Assembly: GCA_030295235.1 (NCBI GenBank)
Contig: AP026151.1
Span: forward strand, 620,001 to 684,000
Direction of reading: 5' to 3'
Length of the DNA: 64,000 nt
Source of the DNA: Fistulifera solaris
Taxonomy: Eukaryota
Position 1 is the first letter of the stretch. Each line of letters starts with the position of its first letter. Below, piece after piece: positions 26,682 through 38,208 of this stretch. The translations under genes and the position numbers were made by a program. The notes beneath the pieces were generated by a model. It searched no databases. It was not told the DNA's origin and was given only the letters and a program-made list of their open reading frames with translations.

Positions 26682-26773
26682 ATAGGCCTACATTGTAAAA
26701 TGGTTAAATTTTACTACTTGGGAAAATGACTGATTAAATCTAATCGCTAAGCCGTCTTTATCGCCACCTTCGT

Positions 26774-26893
26774 ATGGACTTTCAGCGCTCGTCTCTCTTA
26801 ACTTCTCTCCTAACTTTTGATCACGCCGATGCACTCTATGAAGTCATCCATCACACCAAGCTCGATGAACTTGGAAAAGATGATACCTGGTAA
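26774..26893 (+). pseudogene. Relic C-terminal fragment of a paralog of the preceding RNI-like gene
   Basis: Translates MDFQRSSLLTSLLTFDHADALYEVIHHTKLDELGKDDTW*, matching SDFQCSALLLSDHADVLYDLVHDVRVDELEDG of the upstream gene. Confidence 0.6.
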
Positions 26894-27177
26894 TATTTTG
26901 ATACCAAATCACGGCAATGAGCCGAAAAAACGACGAAGGATCTAGCCACTTCGTACGACAAGCAACACAATGCTGCGACTTTATTATTTACTGTTCTTGC
27001 GAGCACAGAAGAACAAGGGTAGATAGCCCTCAAGGCGTGAAAGACAAGCGCGGCTCCTCGAAAATAAAGGCTTTTGCAACAACTGATGTTGCTGGGACGT
27101 GAACCAATGGTCGCTACCCGCGGGCGCCCGAGGCGTCTTGTCTGTTTACCCCTTCATTATAAACTACAACTACAGTG

Positions 27178-28499
27178 TTAAGGAGTATTTTCGGATTCCC
27201 TTCGTTCGTATTGTACAGAAAGCTGTTCCTCATTCGGATTGTCTTGCTCCATTTTCGGTGTTACTGGGTACACGGCCAACAGCGTCCGCAGCATCAAAGG
27301 GCTCAAAATCGTCGACAACAAGATGGCCAACACGACACTGGCATACAAATCCGGCGGAATCAATCCTTCCGTGACACCAAATACCGCCACCAAGAAAGCA
27401 AATTCCGCTTCGCCCGCCATACTGAATCCTACGACCGCACAATCCCGCCAATGGTTTCCTCGCCACTTTGGGCTTTCCCAAGCCGGCGTAAAGAGAGGTC
27501 CGACGGCCAATTTTCCCAAAAGAGACAAATACAATAAACATCCATTCCGAATGACCCGACCATTGTTGAATTCCGACAGTGGCACTTGAAAACCAATGGT
27601 CGCCGCGAAAAGAATTTCATCAACCACGTGAGGAGACGTTGAAATTGTTGTCGATACAATTTACGGAACGTCAATGGTTCTTGACAAAAACTCAAGCCGG
27701 CCAAAAAGGCCCCCATCAAATAGGATGCTTGAGAATAGTAGGTGGCGGGTAATAACACAAAGACCAATCCCAGCAATGCCATAAGTGATACTGTATTCTG
27801 GTTGTGGGTGTTGTCAGGGAAAGATGGTATTCGATCCAAGAACCATTGAAACAAGACCGGAACGACCCACAAGGCGGCGGCTCCGCCGATTAACAGCCAC
27901 GCGAAGGCACTGACAATCGGCACCACAATCTGTGTCACGGTAATATCTCCCGTCAACGCTTCCAATTGACTCAATACCAAGAGTGCAATCAAATCATCGA
28001 CAATGGCGGCGGCCAAAATTAATTGCCCCAACGGTTTCTCCAACACCGCACATTGCCCCAAGACTTGCAACGCAATGCCGACACTGGTCGGTCCAAAACA
28101 ACAACCCATGGCAATGACCGTACTACCCGATTGTCCCAGCAAAAACTTGGAAACAAACATCCCCACCGATATGGGCATGATGGATCCGGCAATCGCCATG
28201 AAAAAACCTCGGACACCGACTCGTTTTAAAGTCAACAAATCCATTTCCAAACCCGCTTGAATCATCAATAAAACCAATCCGAGATTGCCCAACAGAACCC
28301 ATGCGGCAGGAAACGGCACAAAATCGAATCCTTCCGTTCCCAACAAAACGCCCGTCACTATATATCCCACCAGGGGCGGTACGATGCGGAGGCATCTCTT
28401 GCACACGACGTCGCCGGCGAGAAAGAGCCCGAGACAGAACAGTAACGTCGCATACAAATCTTCATAAGTACTCGGGACGCCCGTAAAGACATCTCTCAT
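27178..28499 (-). CDS. CPA2-family Na+(K+)/H+ antiporter (frameshift ~27610)
   Basis: PPLVGYIVTGVLLG, AGLEMD, PTSVGIA, AAAIVDDL, GAFLAGL, GKLAVG, AEFAFLVA; about 12-13 TM segments. Confidence 0.88.
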
Positions 28500-29038
28500 T
28501 CTTCTTTGCAATAAATAATGCAGTGTTCTGGAATAAAAAGAACGTATGATCGTGAATAATGAATGAATAGAAAATGCACGAAGTTCTCTTTTGAAAAAAT
28601 GAAAAGGAAAAATGGCGGCGTCGCGATGTGCCTCGGTGACTGACGTCATGTGTGACGACACATTCGGAACTCGATCGAGTCGAACGCAGGCTACGGAGCC
28701 AAATCTAAATAAAAAAATGGCTGCATTACCACGTTGCTTTACAGCTTTAAGTCATATAGCTATTTTTAAGCTAGCATGGACTACTAGTAGCTTGAGAGAA
28801 GGAGCACGCGCCTTTTTGCTTTCAAGACCAATGAGTTATACTGTTTCAGACATCGCTCACGCAGCGACAAAAACAAGAGGTCAATTTTTTTAAATAGCAC
28901 CATCTACATTTGTTATTAATATTTAACAAGCAAAAAAGAGCGATTGAATGATGTCAAACCGCCACTAAGGCAAGCACAACACACGAAAAGACGAAAACTA
29001 CAGGATACGATAGAAAACGACAAAGCAAAGCATCTCTT

Positions 29039-29801
29039 TCACCGACTGGATGATGAAAACGCACGATTCGGGAGAATATGATCATAGAAGTGCTCGTATT
29101 TGAACAAATACTCCTTGTAGGCTGCTACCGACGAGAAACCAGGTGATACGGATGTAGGATCGACATCAATGCTGTCAACGATCTCGTCCGTAAAAGCGCT
29201 CCAGTGGGCTGGATGAACCAATTCTCCACGACGATTCCGAAAAAAAAGCATCTTCTTCCAACACATTCTCGAGGCATTCATCGCCATACAGATTGAGCTC
29301 AAATTCACTCTCCTGACACATCACATCGCTCTCGGCTTGCAAGGTCTCAAGGTCACGATATAACGAACGCTTTTCCTCAGCTGTGAACGAACAATGATGG
29401 GGAATCTCTTTCACTGTCGCAAGATCCGAAGCAAATTGTACACAACGAGGCACAGGAGGACTGGATGTTGCAATCTTGAGCGAAGAGCGTAACGTCACCG
29501 GAAGAGCGCTCGTCTTTAAAAATCCCTTTTGAGTCGTTTTCGCCGTCGACAGCGATTCTTCACTCGGCTCCGTAAGCGATAAAAGGAAAGAAGAGACTTG
29601 ATCATCATTATCGACATCGAACTCACGTGGAAGCCACGATTCAGCGACATCCGCGTCGCAATTCGACAGAAAGGGAGCATCGCCAACGTTTTCGGCTTGC
29701 AACGACCACAGAGGGCTTGTCAGCCGCTGTAGCGTGTCGACAATCGTCTCAGACAGACTCTGGGAGCATGAAAGATGTTGATGTTTGCTAAAAACCTGCA
29801 T
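29039..29801 (-). CDS. RVxF-motif family protein 'MQVFSKH', left-arm copy (frameshift in A-run ~29240)
   Basis: Close paralog of 56693-57457; motifs RCVQFA, EEKRSLY, GELVHPAHW. Confidence 0.75.
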
Positions 29802-30397
29802 TTTGATTCAAAATAGATGAAACAATGAGGACTTGGTAAAACTGGGCTGTTTTTGTGCGCGAGAGAGCGAAAAAAAGGCTTGCTGCGGACTGACCGCTGG
29901 CTGACAGACCGACAAGGTTTCTACGACTGCCCTGGTACAAATTCGTGTAAGTAGCGCTCACGTAGACCTGGTAATCTAACGTTTACACATCATGAAGAAG
30001 TCGGAGAGACGACGAGTCTAGGCGAGAGTAAAAAAGATTAAAAAGCATTGAAGAACTAGATTTGCTGTCAAGAGATCTCTAATAAATACGGATGAATGTG
30101 AAAGCACGACGCGTATTGTGTGAAAGGTCACCTTACGCTGCAACGATACCATACGATACCGTACGATACAATACGGTACGATACACAACAACAGATACGA
30201 CGTTATTACGAAGAAAGCTAAGAAGGAGAGGCACTATAATAGCTATAAAACTGAATATTTTTCAAAGCATCATTTACAGTTATCACTACTTCACACTTGA
30301 CATATAACAAAGAGCGGTTGGATCATTTTAAATCAATCGCTATTACGATAAGCACAACAACGGGAAACGAGACGAAATACAAAGTCAAGAAAAACAA

Positions 30398-31183
30398 TTA
30401 CGAATCAAGGGACCGAGGATGGAAGACTTTCTTTAGCATGGAGCTGTCGAGGTATTGCTCATACTTGGACAATATATCACTTTGCTTGTAATCGTTCAAC
30501 GAGGAAAAGCCAACGACGGGGGTATCGAGGGGAAGACTTGGAAGAATGTCATTCACATACACGAGCCAGTGTGCGGGATGGACCAACTCTCCAAGATGAT
30601 TGCGGAAGAAACACCCTTCTTCCAACGCATCAGCGGCGCCGCAAAGACGTAAACGACGCTCAAACTTGATCTCCAGGCAAATCTCATCCTTCTCTGCTTG
30701 CAACGCGCGCCCGTTACGATACAAAGAACACTTTTCATCGGCCGTCAACGAATTATGATGGGGAATCTCTTTGACAGTGTAGAAACCGGGCGCAAACTGT
30801 ACACGGCGAGACGCACGATGATTACGAAGAGAAAAACATCCTGAAGAGCCACGAGACGTAGTGACATTCAACGAAAGGAGCGCCTGAACAGTGCTCTGAG
30901 CCCACGCGGCGTCCTCGTTCTCGCAGATCCACGACTGCATCTCTTCACGCGATTCCGCAAACGACAGAATGAACAACATCTCATCATCAGGAATCGATTC
31001 ACAATGAAAGGAATCGGAGGGGAAACGGAGATCATCATCATTGTTGTCTCGAAAGTCGACAGGCGATCGAAGGGAAGCGAACAACGAGTGAACAGGGCCT
31101 TTCGTGCGCTGTCGCTTGAAATCACTCGTCACCAAGTCGCTCTGGGAGCATGAAAGATAATCTCGTTTAGTAGAAAGTCGCAT
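30398..31183 (-). CDS. RVxF-motif family protein 'MRLSTKRD', left-arm copy
   Basis: Intact 261-aa ORF; RRVQFA, DEKCSLY, FFRNHLGELVHPAHW; paralog 49318-50103. Confidence 0.8.
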   Translation of the reverse strand: MRLSTKRDYLSCSQSDLVTSDFKRQRTKGPVHSLFASLRSPVDFRDNNDDDLRFPSDSFHCESIPDDEMLFILSFAESREEMQSWICENEDAAWAQSTVQALLSLNVTTSRGSSGCFSLRNHRASRRVQFAPGFYTVKEIPHHNSLTADEKCSLYRNGRALQAEKDEICLEIKFERRLRLCGAADALEEGCFFRNHLGELVHPAHWLVYVNDILPSLPLDTPVVGFSSLNDYKQSDILSKYEQYLDSSMLKKVFHPRSLDS

Positions 31184-31806
31184 TTTGATTCAAAATTGGT
31201 GAAACTTTAATGATTTTGGTAATTGGGTTGTTTTTGTACTTCGCTGCTGCTGCTGCTGCGCTGCTGCCGCGGATCGACGTGTAGAAGGACGGACCCTTGG
31301 TACCAATGCGATGTAGAAGAATACCGTACCTACTGTTTGGGGTGGTGCTCCGACTTCTTCTTACTACAGCATCTTGGTACAGTACAATAACAACAGAACT
31401 AAAGTGCTCTCGTTCTAGTTGATGATGGTTTGTCAAGAACTATCAGTCCGTGAATACAAATTATCGAAAGAGATACCAGGTACTGTACATGTACCAGGTG
31501 CGTGGATGCCAGGTATTGGTACTATAAGCTAGGCGATCACATTCTAAAGCAACATCATGGCAAGATGTAGAACAGGCTCGTACAAGAAGAAGGATCATCG
31601 TCGACATCGATAAAGCAGAATGATAACTTATTATATATACATGATCAACAAATAATGATAAGATTATAATTGATTAGAAAGGATGAATTGCTAAGTCTCC
31701 GCGGAGACATTTATGCTACGGAAACGACAACGAAACAACAAACGCGAGGACGATTGATTTGCAAAACACAACAAACACAGCGAGCAAATACTACGACTTC
31801 AGCTCG

Positions 31807-32573
31807 TCAAACTTCGACGGGATCATCTTGGATCATTTCTGCGACAATGGATGTATTGTATTTACGCGCATGATATTCCAGGAGGCTGTAATATTCTTCA
31901 AAGGACAAGAGACCAGGGACATTCATGTCGCGAGGAAGGGTTGGAAGGATTTCACGCACAAACGAACGAAAATGGGCAGGATGAACCAACTTGCCCTCGT
32001 GATTTGGAAAGAACATCTCTTCCTCGATTGCATTTTCAATGCAGTGCTTGCTGTCTTCAAAGTGCTGCTCCTTTAGGCTCTTCTCCTTCTTCGTAATCTT
32101 GACGCCATACAAAGAACGCTTCTCGTCTTCCGTCAACGACTGACGGCTTTGAATGGGAACAACAGTCACATCTTCAGCAAAAGTGACAAGACGAGTTGGA
32201 GGACTGAAAAAGCTGTCAAGAGCGGCGTCATAATCACAAGCGAAACGCGACGCTTGTCGACCGGGGCCGCAGCAGCGCTCGCGCGACCTTCTGCTGCCAG
32301 ATAGTGATATTCCGGGGCCTGTGACAGCATCTCCTCATTAAAAGGACGAGAATCATCAATATCCCAGACAATGATACGATAAGGATCGCGAGAAACACGC
32401 TCCGGAGCAGCAGCTTCACGGTCAAGCGATACAGCATCATCTCCGGCGTCGCGGCGAGAACGGATTGAAGCCCACAGCTTGCGGAGAGGACGCATCGTTT
32501 GTCGACGCTTCTCAATTGTCTTATGATGACTTTTGTTACGTCGAAGGTAGCTTAAACGGCAAGAAACTTTCAT
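31807..32573 (-). CDS. RVxF-motif family protein 'MKVSCRL', left-arm copy (frameshift ~32265)
   Basis: Near-identical to 47938-48705; RLVTFA, DEKRSLY, GKLVHPAHF. Confidence 0.75.
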
Positions 32574-32994
32574 GTTTGGTTCAGAATTGATGAAACAATA
32601 AAGATATCGGTAGAAAGGGGTGTTTTTGTGCGAGAGTGCGGAAGAGGCGCTGCTGCTGCGGATGGACTTACGGACGAGGATACTGCTAAGTGAAAATGAC
32701 GTCTAAGCGGTAACGGTACTGTCGTACTGTGAAGTTATTGTACACTATGTAATCCGTTGACGACGCATTCGTCACTCGATTGTTTCAGTCCCTTTCCTAT
32801 AACTCGTTTGAGTGGTATTACAAGAAGAGTACTACGAAACAACGCGAACTCCAGACGCACACGTTCTATCCGCGCAGACGAAGAAACAACAACAGCAACA
32901 ATTCACAATTCACAATTCGCATTCTTGACATTCGTTCTTTCCTTTTTCGCCTTTTCATCGGCCACAATTTCGACAATTCATAACAAATACAACA

Positions 32995-33972
32995 ATGACC
33001 GACACAACATCCTCCCATCCGGATTTAGAAGCCGGCGAAACCTCCACATTACCGCCCAAACGCAGCGACAGTCGTCTTTTGAATGCTCTGCAACGACCCG
33101 GCACGAAAGCCCCCAAAGATGCCTTAAAGGCGGTTTACGCGGCGGGCGTCTACAAGGCGAACTTACCGCTCGATATACTGCTAGTACAAACCTTCATGGC
33201 CGGTTTTTATATCGCCATGGCGGGACAATTCTTTCTCAGTGTCGGTGGTGACTTTTTAGGAGCCGCCATGTTTCCAGTCGGATTGGTGGCGGTTGTACTC
33301 ACGAGTGGAGAATTGTTTACGGGTGATGCGTTAGTCTTCATTACGGCCTGGTTGGGACAAAAAGTCACATCCAAGCAGTTAGCGCGCAATTGGACGGTCG
33401 CGTGGCTCGGCAATTTCGTGGGCGCATTGACGTGGGCCGCTTTGTTGAGTTACGCGTCCGATGCTCTGCACGACAAAGGACAAGTGGAATTGGCGATTCA
33501 TATCGCGCAAAAGAAAGCCTTACAACCATGGTTTCATATCTTCTTGAAAGGCATCGGAGCGAATGCCATGGTGTGTTTGGGAATATGGATGGCCACGTGT
33601 TCCGAAGAAGTGGCGGGCAAAATATTGGCCATTTGGTTTCCTACCACCGGCTTTGTGATCATGGGATTTGAACATTCCATTGCCAATCAATACTTTTTAC
33701 CCCTCGGAATGATGTTGATGGCCCAACATCCCGAAATTGAAGGTCCGCGCATCACGGTACAACACTTACTGTTCAAAGCATTGCTGCCAGCGACCTTGGG
33801 AAATCTGGTCGGTGGCGGAATCTTCATTGGTGCCATTTACTGGTACGCCTTTGATTCAATGGAGTCGATGAATCGCGTACGAGAACGCATTGGGCGGGCG
33901 TGGTCGTCACGGCCGCATTATCATCACAAAAAGCAGGATCCACAGGAACAGGCTTCTCAAGATAGTGCATGA
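32995..33972 (+). CDS. Formate/nitrite transporter (FNT family)
   Basis: AGFYIA, FPVGL, GELFTGD, WLGNFVGA, GIGANAMVC, GFEHSIANQY, GNLVGG; about 6 TM. Confidence 0.93.
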   Translation: MTDTTSSHPDLEAGETSTLPPKRSDSRLLNALQRPGTKAPKDALKAVYAAGVYKANLPLDILLVQTFMAGFYIAMAGQFFLSVGGDFLGAAMFPVGLVAVVLTSGELFTGDALVFITAWLGQKVTSKQLARNWTVAWLGNFVGALTWAALLSYASDALHDKGQVELAIHIAQKKALQPWFHIFLKGIGANAMVCLGIWMATCSEEVAGKILAIWFPTTGFVIMGFEHSIANQYFLPLGMMLMAQHPEIEGPRITVQHLLFKALLPATLGNLVGGGIFIGAIYWYAFDSMESMNRVRERIGRAWSSRPHYHHKKQDPQEQASQDSA

Positions 33973-34094
33973 GAGCCGGCACGAAAAGACGCCGGCAAAG
34001 ATAGTAATTGTCAGCAATAACATCTAGTGTAACTTTGTATCTATTACAGTCATAGCAACCTTTGTCACCCTCATACAACATGTGCTTCTTCTAT

Positions 34095-37000
34095 TCATTC
34101 AAAAGCGCCTTCACCATCACTGAAGCTATCCGTGTCACTACTCACATGACAATAACCGGGTGTGACCAGTTCGCGAAATTCGTGGGACTTGTACAGCTTG
34201 GGCCAATCCAAGAGCATCAAATGCAAACGGACTAAATTCCATTCTTCTTGACCATCGGCTTTGTTCGAAGTGGGCAACGATACAACACGACAGCGACCGC
34301 AACACAAAAAGGCCGCTTTTCCCACACGCACAAATAAAGAAACAATCGTGGGACTCTCCGCATCTTGCGTCGACAGCAATTTTTGGGCCATGGGCGTCGT
34401 CCCCGATTGCCACTGATTCTGTCGAATGAACCACGTCAAAATTTGTCCATCTTCCAGCCATTCGTTGGGAAAACTGCGGGGTTGACCGCGACCGGGTGTT
34501 TGTGGCATATTCACAAATAGAAAAAAGGCATTCTCCATTTCAATCAATCCGGATCGTTGCTGAAAGTCAAGTTTTCCTCCTTCTGGTATCGGCAGAAACG
34601 GCATGACACAGCGATCTTTGGATTTGCCAACGTAAGCTCCCAACAGCGAATCCATTCTCTTGTGGAAGGTCGGTATGTCAATCGATATCATGTGTGATGG
34701 ATATCGAACAATACCTTCTCGATCCGTGTAAGGCCGGTCACCTTCCATGTCCGATGGTCCCGATGGATAACGCGGCGGATCGTCTCCTGTTGACCAGTCT
34801 ATCATTGTAAAATGTTTCGTGAGTCACACATCCAAGCATCATGCATCATCGTCACATTAGCGACTTACGTTGATTCACCACAAAATGGTCACCGACCACA
34901 CGCTTAGCATTTAACTTTCGAATCACTTGAGCGTCGGTATCACTATCCAGAAAGAGGAAACGCCACGACACGAGCGTATTGAAAAACAATCGATCATCTT
35001 TCCACCGTCCCACTTGAGGGTGATGGAAAAAATCGGCATGGACCGCTTTCAAGAGAAGTTCTGTGATCACGGGTGTCACCGCCGCATCCAACGACGCGTA
35101 CTCGATTTGTTCCATCGTGAGAGGCCGTGAGGACCAATTGGAGCACTGTTCCTCTTTCTGTAGAGCCTTGCCCAAGAATGTTTCACACAAACGACTGAGT
35201 GACGATGTCGCGGTTCGTGCATTCCGCTGCTTATTGATGTGCATTACTCGTTTCGCCAGTACTGACGATTCCAATACGGAATGAATGGTCTGCAACGCCG
35301 TTATGTGGGGATAACTCGCCGCCAGCTGACGCAAATCGTGTACGACCTGGAAACCCGTTTTAATGAGACGCTGTGAAGTCAACAGATCGCCCAACACTTG
35401 TGCCACGGCGATTTCCAAAGAATTCTTGGGAGTACTCGTCATTTGCAAAGGCCGCAACAGGGCTTGCAAATCCAGCAAATACACCTTGCGTAAGGGGTGC
35501 AACGAAATTTGCAACAGTAACACCGGCTGTGGTTCCTGCCGTGATGTGGTGTAAAAACTCGGCAGCCATTCACAATCCAAGCCCACCAATCCTGTCGCAA
35601 AGCCATCATCATTGGCCGTTTGTGTCGTCAATTGCAACAGCATTTGGGACACATCGTTCGAAAATTGTTGTACCGCTTCCATCGTATCGACCACCAAAAT
35701 ATGTTTTCGATAATAATCTTCCACACGCTGCCCCGGCTCCGGCTCGTACAGATCCTGCAATTGCAAGTAGACTGTTTCGTCTTCGGTCACTGATGGAACG
35801 GGACGCGGACGAATCCCCAACACGCTGGAGGCTTGTTTTGACCACAATGATGATTTGGTCACCATTGCTTCCGCCGGATCCTCCAATGGACTCAATAATT
35901 GGTACGAGTACACGACCAAATCCAACGTCTGATTCAATACCCAGTTCCGTAACGAATCGTGACTTTGGACGTTGGTGCGAGCTTCGATGAGCAACAACTG
36001 TCCCGGTTTGAGCCTTCGAATGACGTGGGCTCCTTCGTCCGCATCCAAGTCCCTGTGTTGCAGCAAGGTTTTTCCGGCAATGATCTGCACCGCCATGTCA
36101 TGACCCGTGCCGGGACATCTCCACGGATACAAGGTGGAATTTTCCTCGACAGGCGGCCCGAGATCTCCAAACACGAGACACCGGGCCATTTTTCGGACGC
36201 TCGTCAAACGCCCCACAATCGTGACATCCACATTCTGTAACGGATTCTCTGTATCCGGATGATTCAGAATTTGTTTTACAGTTTCCACACTCGGTGGTTC
36301 GACCGAAAAGAAGGGTTTGTAGCGGGGAGTTTCAGGAGTTTCATTGTTGACATTGGAAGCCGCAATCGACGCCGTCCGAACCTGGGGTTGTTGCAACAGA
36401 TACTTTAAGGGCAGAACACACGAGAATTCCGGATGTCCTCCGCCACCATAGAGTAAATGGTGATCGAGAAGAGAAGTGTCGATCACCGTCATGGCCGGTA
36501 ACGGCTGTAACCCCAGCAACGGAGGCACCGTTCCGGGGGCGAAACCGCACAACGGGCACAATCGATCCGAAGGACAGAGTTTTAAAGCAAGACCGGTCAC
36601 GTGTTGCAATTGGGTAACGTCGACACGGTGTGTTGCGGGTAGTATGGCAAGAACATACGACCCAGTGTCGGCTTCAAAGACTATCGAATTGACATGGATG
36701 GCTTTTGCAGGAATATCGCGATCGTGAACTAACTGAGCGTCCGGTGTGACTTCGACCAGACGCGACAATCGTACGAAAGAATCATTCTCAAGGGCCGTAA
36801 AGGATGTAATGTTGTAGTCGCCGTTGAATGAATTCATTCGAAGGAACGTTACTTGTCTTCTTGTATGAGCAATGAGAAACGACTCGGTCAAACTGGAAGA
36901 TCCGGAATCGTGATTGAAAATCACGTTGTCGCAGTCACGAGTAGCATCAACGATAAAACTACACGCAAGCCGACCCTTAACTCTAGAAAAGGATTGCTCG

Positions 37001-37855
37001 GCCGGCTACTTTCCCCAGTGGTGAAACACCTTTCTCATCACTTTCCCCAATTGGGGAAAGTGCGAGACACTTTCCCCAATTTGCACTTTCCCCAATGCAA
37101 CTTTCCCCAATTGGGGAAAGTGCGCAACATTTTCCCCATTGGGGAAAGTGTCTCGCTTTTCGCGCAATCGCCAAAACAATGCTCCGGGCGGCTGTTCACA
37201 CCTTGCAGACGACATGACGATTGTTATCATTGCAGATACCTTCAACAACAACATTGACTTTCACGGAAAATGAGGTAGGCAACATTACGGATGCGACGGC
37301 GACCGAAGCCGCACCGTTAATCGGTGTGAAGCGCGACCCTAACCAATCAAGAGGAGCCAGCCAGGGCAAGGAATGGCGGCGTGGACGTGAAGAAAAAAGC
37401 CAGCTGATAAAAAAGACCACAAGGTTAATATATTATTACATGGATGTTATTGAAGTAAAAGGTTGTTGCTGTTATTATTATTCATTCCTTTCCTCCGGCA
37501 CGCAAAGACGACTTTTTGTTTGCGCAACGTTGAAGCACTTTACGCACTTTCCCCAATTGCACTTTCCCCAATTGGGGGAAGTGCGTGACACTTTCCCAAT
37601 TCGCACTTTCCCCAATGCAGCTTTCCCCAATTGGGGAAAGTGCGAGACACTTTCCCCAATTGCGCAAGCCGTGCTTATCATCATTGAACCTGTTTTGCGT
37701 GAAGACTTTTCAAATCGCTGATAAGGAGCGCGGTCGGCGTTTTATGATGACGAAATCAATGCCAAATTAAGCAAAACAGGACTGATTGAGTCACGATTCC
37801 GGATCTTCCTGCTGCGACACGAAAGAAACAGCCCGAGAAGAAGACTATACAACAT
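34095..37855 (-). CDS. Multidomain protein: signal peptide + YbaK-like + OB-fold-like + DEDDy 3'-5' exonuclease + DUF3427-like C-terminus; intron 34799-34868; interrupted by a MITE at codon 16
   Basis: YbaK-like NSIVF...GFAPGTVPP...YGGGG; OB-like VTIVGRLTSVRKM..LVFGDL; exonuclease GLDCEW, HDLRQL, SLSRLC, CSNWSSRPLTMEQIEYASLDA. The GTAAGT...ATAG intron joins ORF 34095-34805 in frame. Removing the MITE restores MLYSLLLGLFLSCRSSLTES-FL. Confidence 0.8.
37009..37152. repeat. Array of CTTTCCCCAAT motifs and CTTTCCCCAATTGGGGAAAG palindromes (first array in MITE)
   Basis: Includes the perfect 24-bp palindrome CACTTTCCCCAATTGGGGAAAGTG. Confidence 0.9.
37545..37667. repeat. Second CTTTCCCCAAT/palindrome array in the MITE
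   Basis: Six motif copies, two of them in palindromic pairs. Confidence 0.9.
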
Positions 37856-38208
37856 TGCGGAAGACGATCCTGCAGTCACCCCGTCGTCGAAAAATAGATT
37901 TTCGAAACATATACAGAGAAAGAGAGAACAAAAAGTAAGAGTCTTTGGTTGCGCTTCGAAGAGAATGAATAATGCAATGCAATGCAATGCAATGCAATGG
38001 AGAAGAAAAAGAACAAAACAGCCGGCGCGAATCTTTCTCAGCAAAAGCGAAAAATGCGCTGGAGGAGGGAGAACGCGAACACATTTTGTTCTTAATCGAC
38101 TAGGTACCGCTTTTACTATCATCAAGTACCGGTCACAAGACCAACGGAAATGAGCCGCCTTGACCTATAGGTCATTCACGGCATTTAAGTCATGAATTAA
38201 GAATCACT

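Larger units (their letters stand above)
29039..32662. repeat. Left arm of a large inverted duplication (partner 47361-57457)
   Basis: Three genes and both intergenic spacers recur in reverse complement. This arm holds the empty sites of the P-like MITE and the Copia element. Confidence 0.9.
36896..37808. mobile_element. MITE, PIF/Harbinger-like (18-bp TIR GAAGATCCGGAATCGTGA, TSD CTG)
   Basis: Perfect TIRs at 36896-36913 and 37791-37808; CTG at 36893-36895 and 37809-37811. Excision restores an open reading frame. Confidence 0.9.

Noticed and set aside
37009..37667. Palindromic repeats as a CRISPR array (also 3551-4246)
   Set aside because: Gaps between motifs are only 3-10 nt and similar to each other, with no unique 25-45 nt spacers and no cas genes. 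Both arrays lie inside TIR-bounded elements in a eukaryotic locus.
37970..37998. (AATGC)n microsatellite, and (TACGA/TCGTA)n runs near 30150, 50960 and 57490
   Set aside because: Short simple repeats with no further structure; not telomeric arrays.
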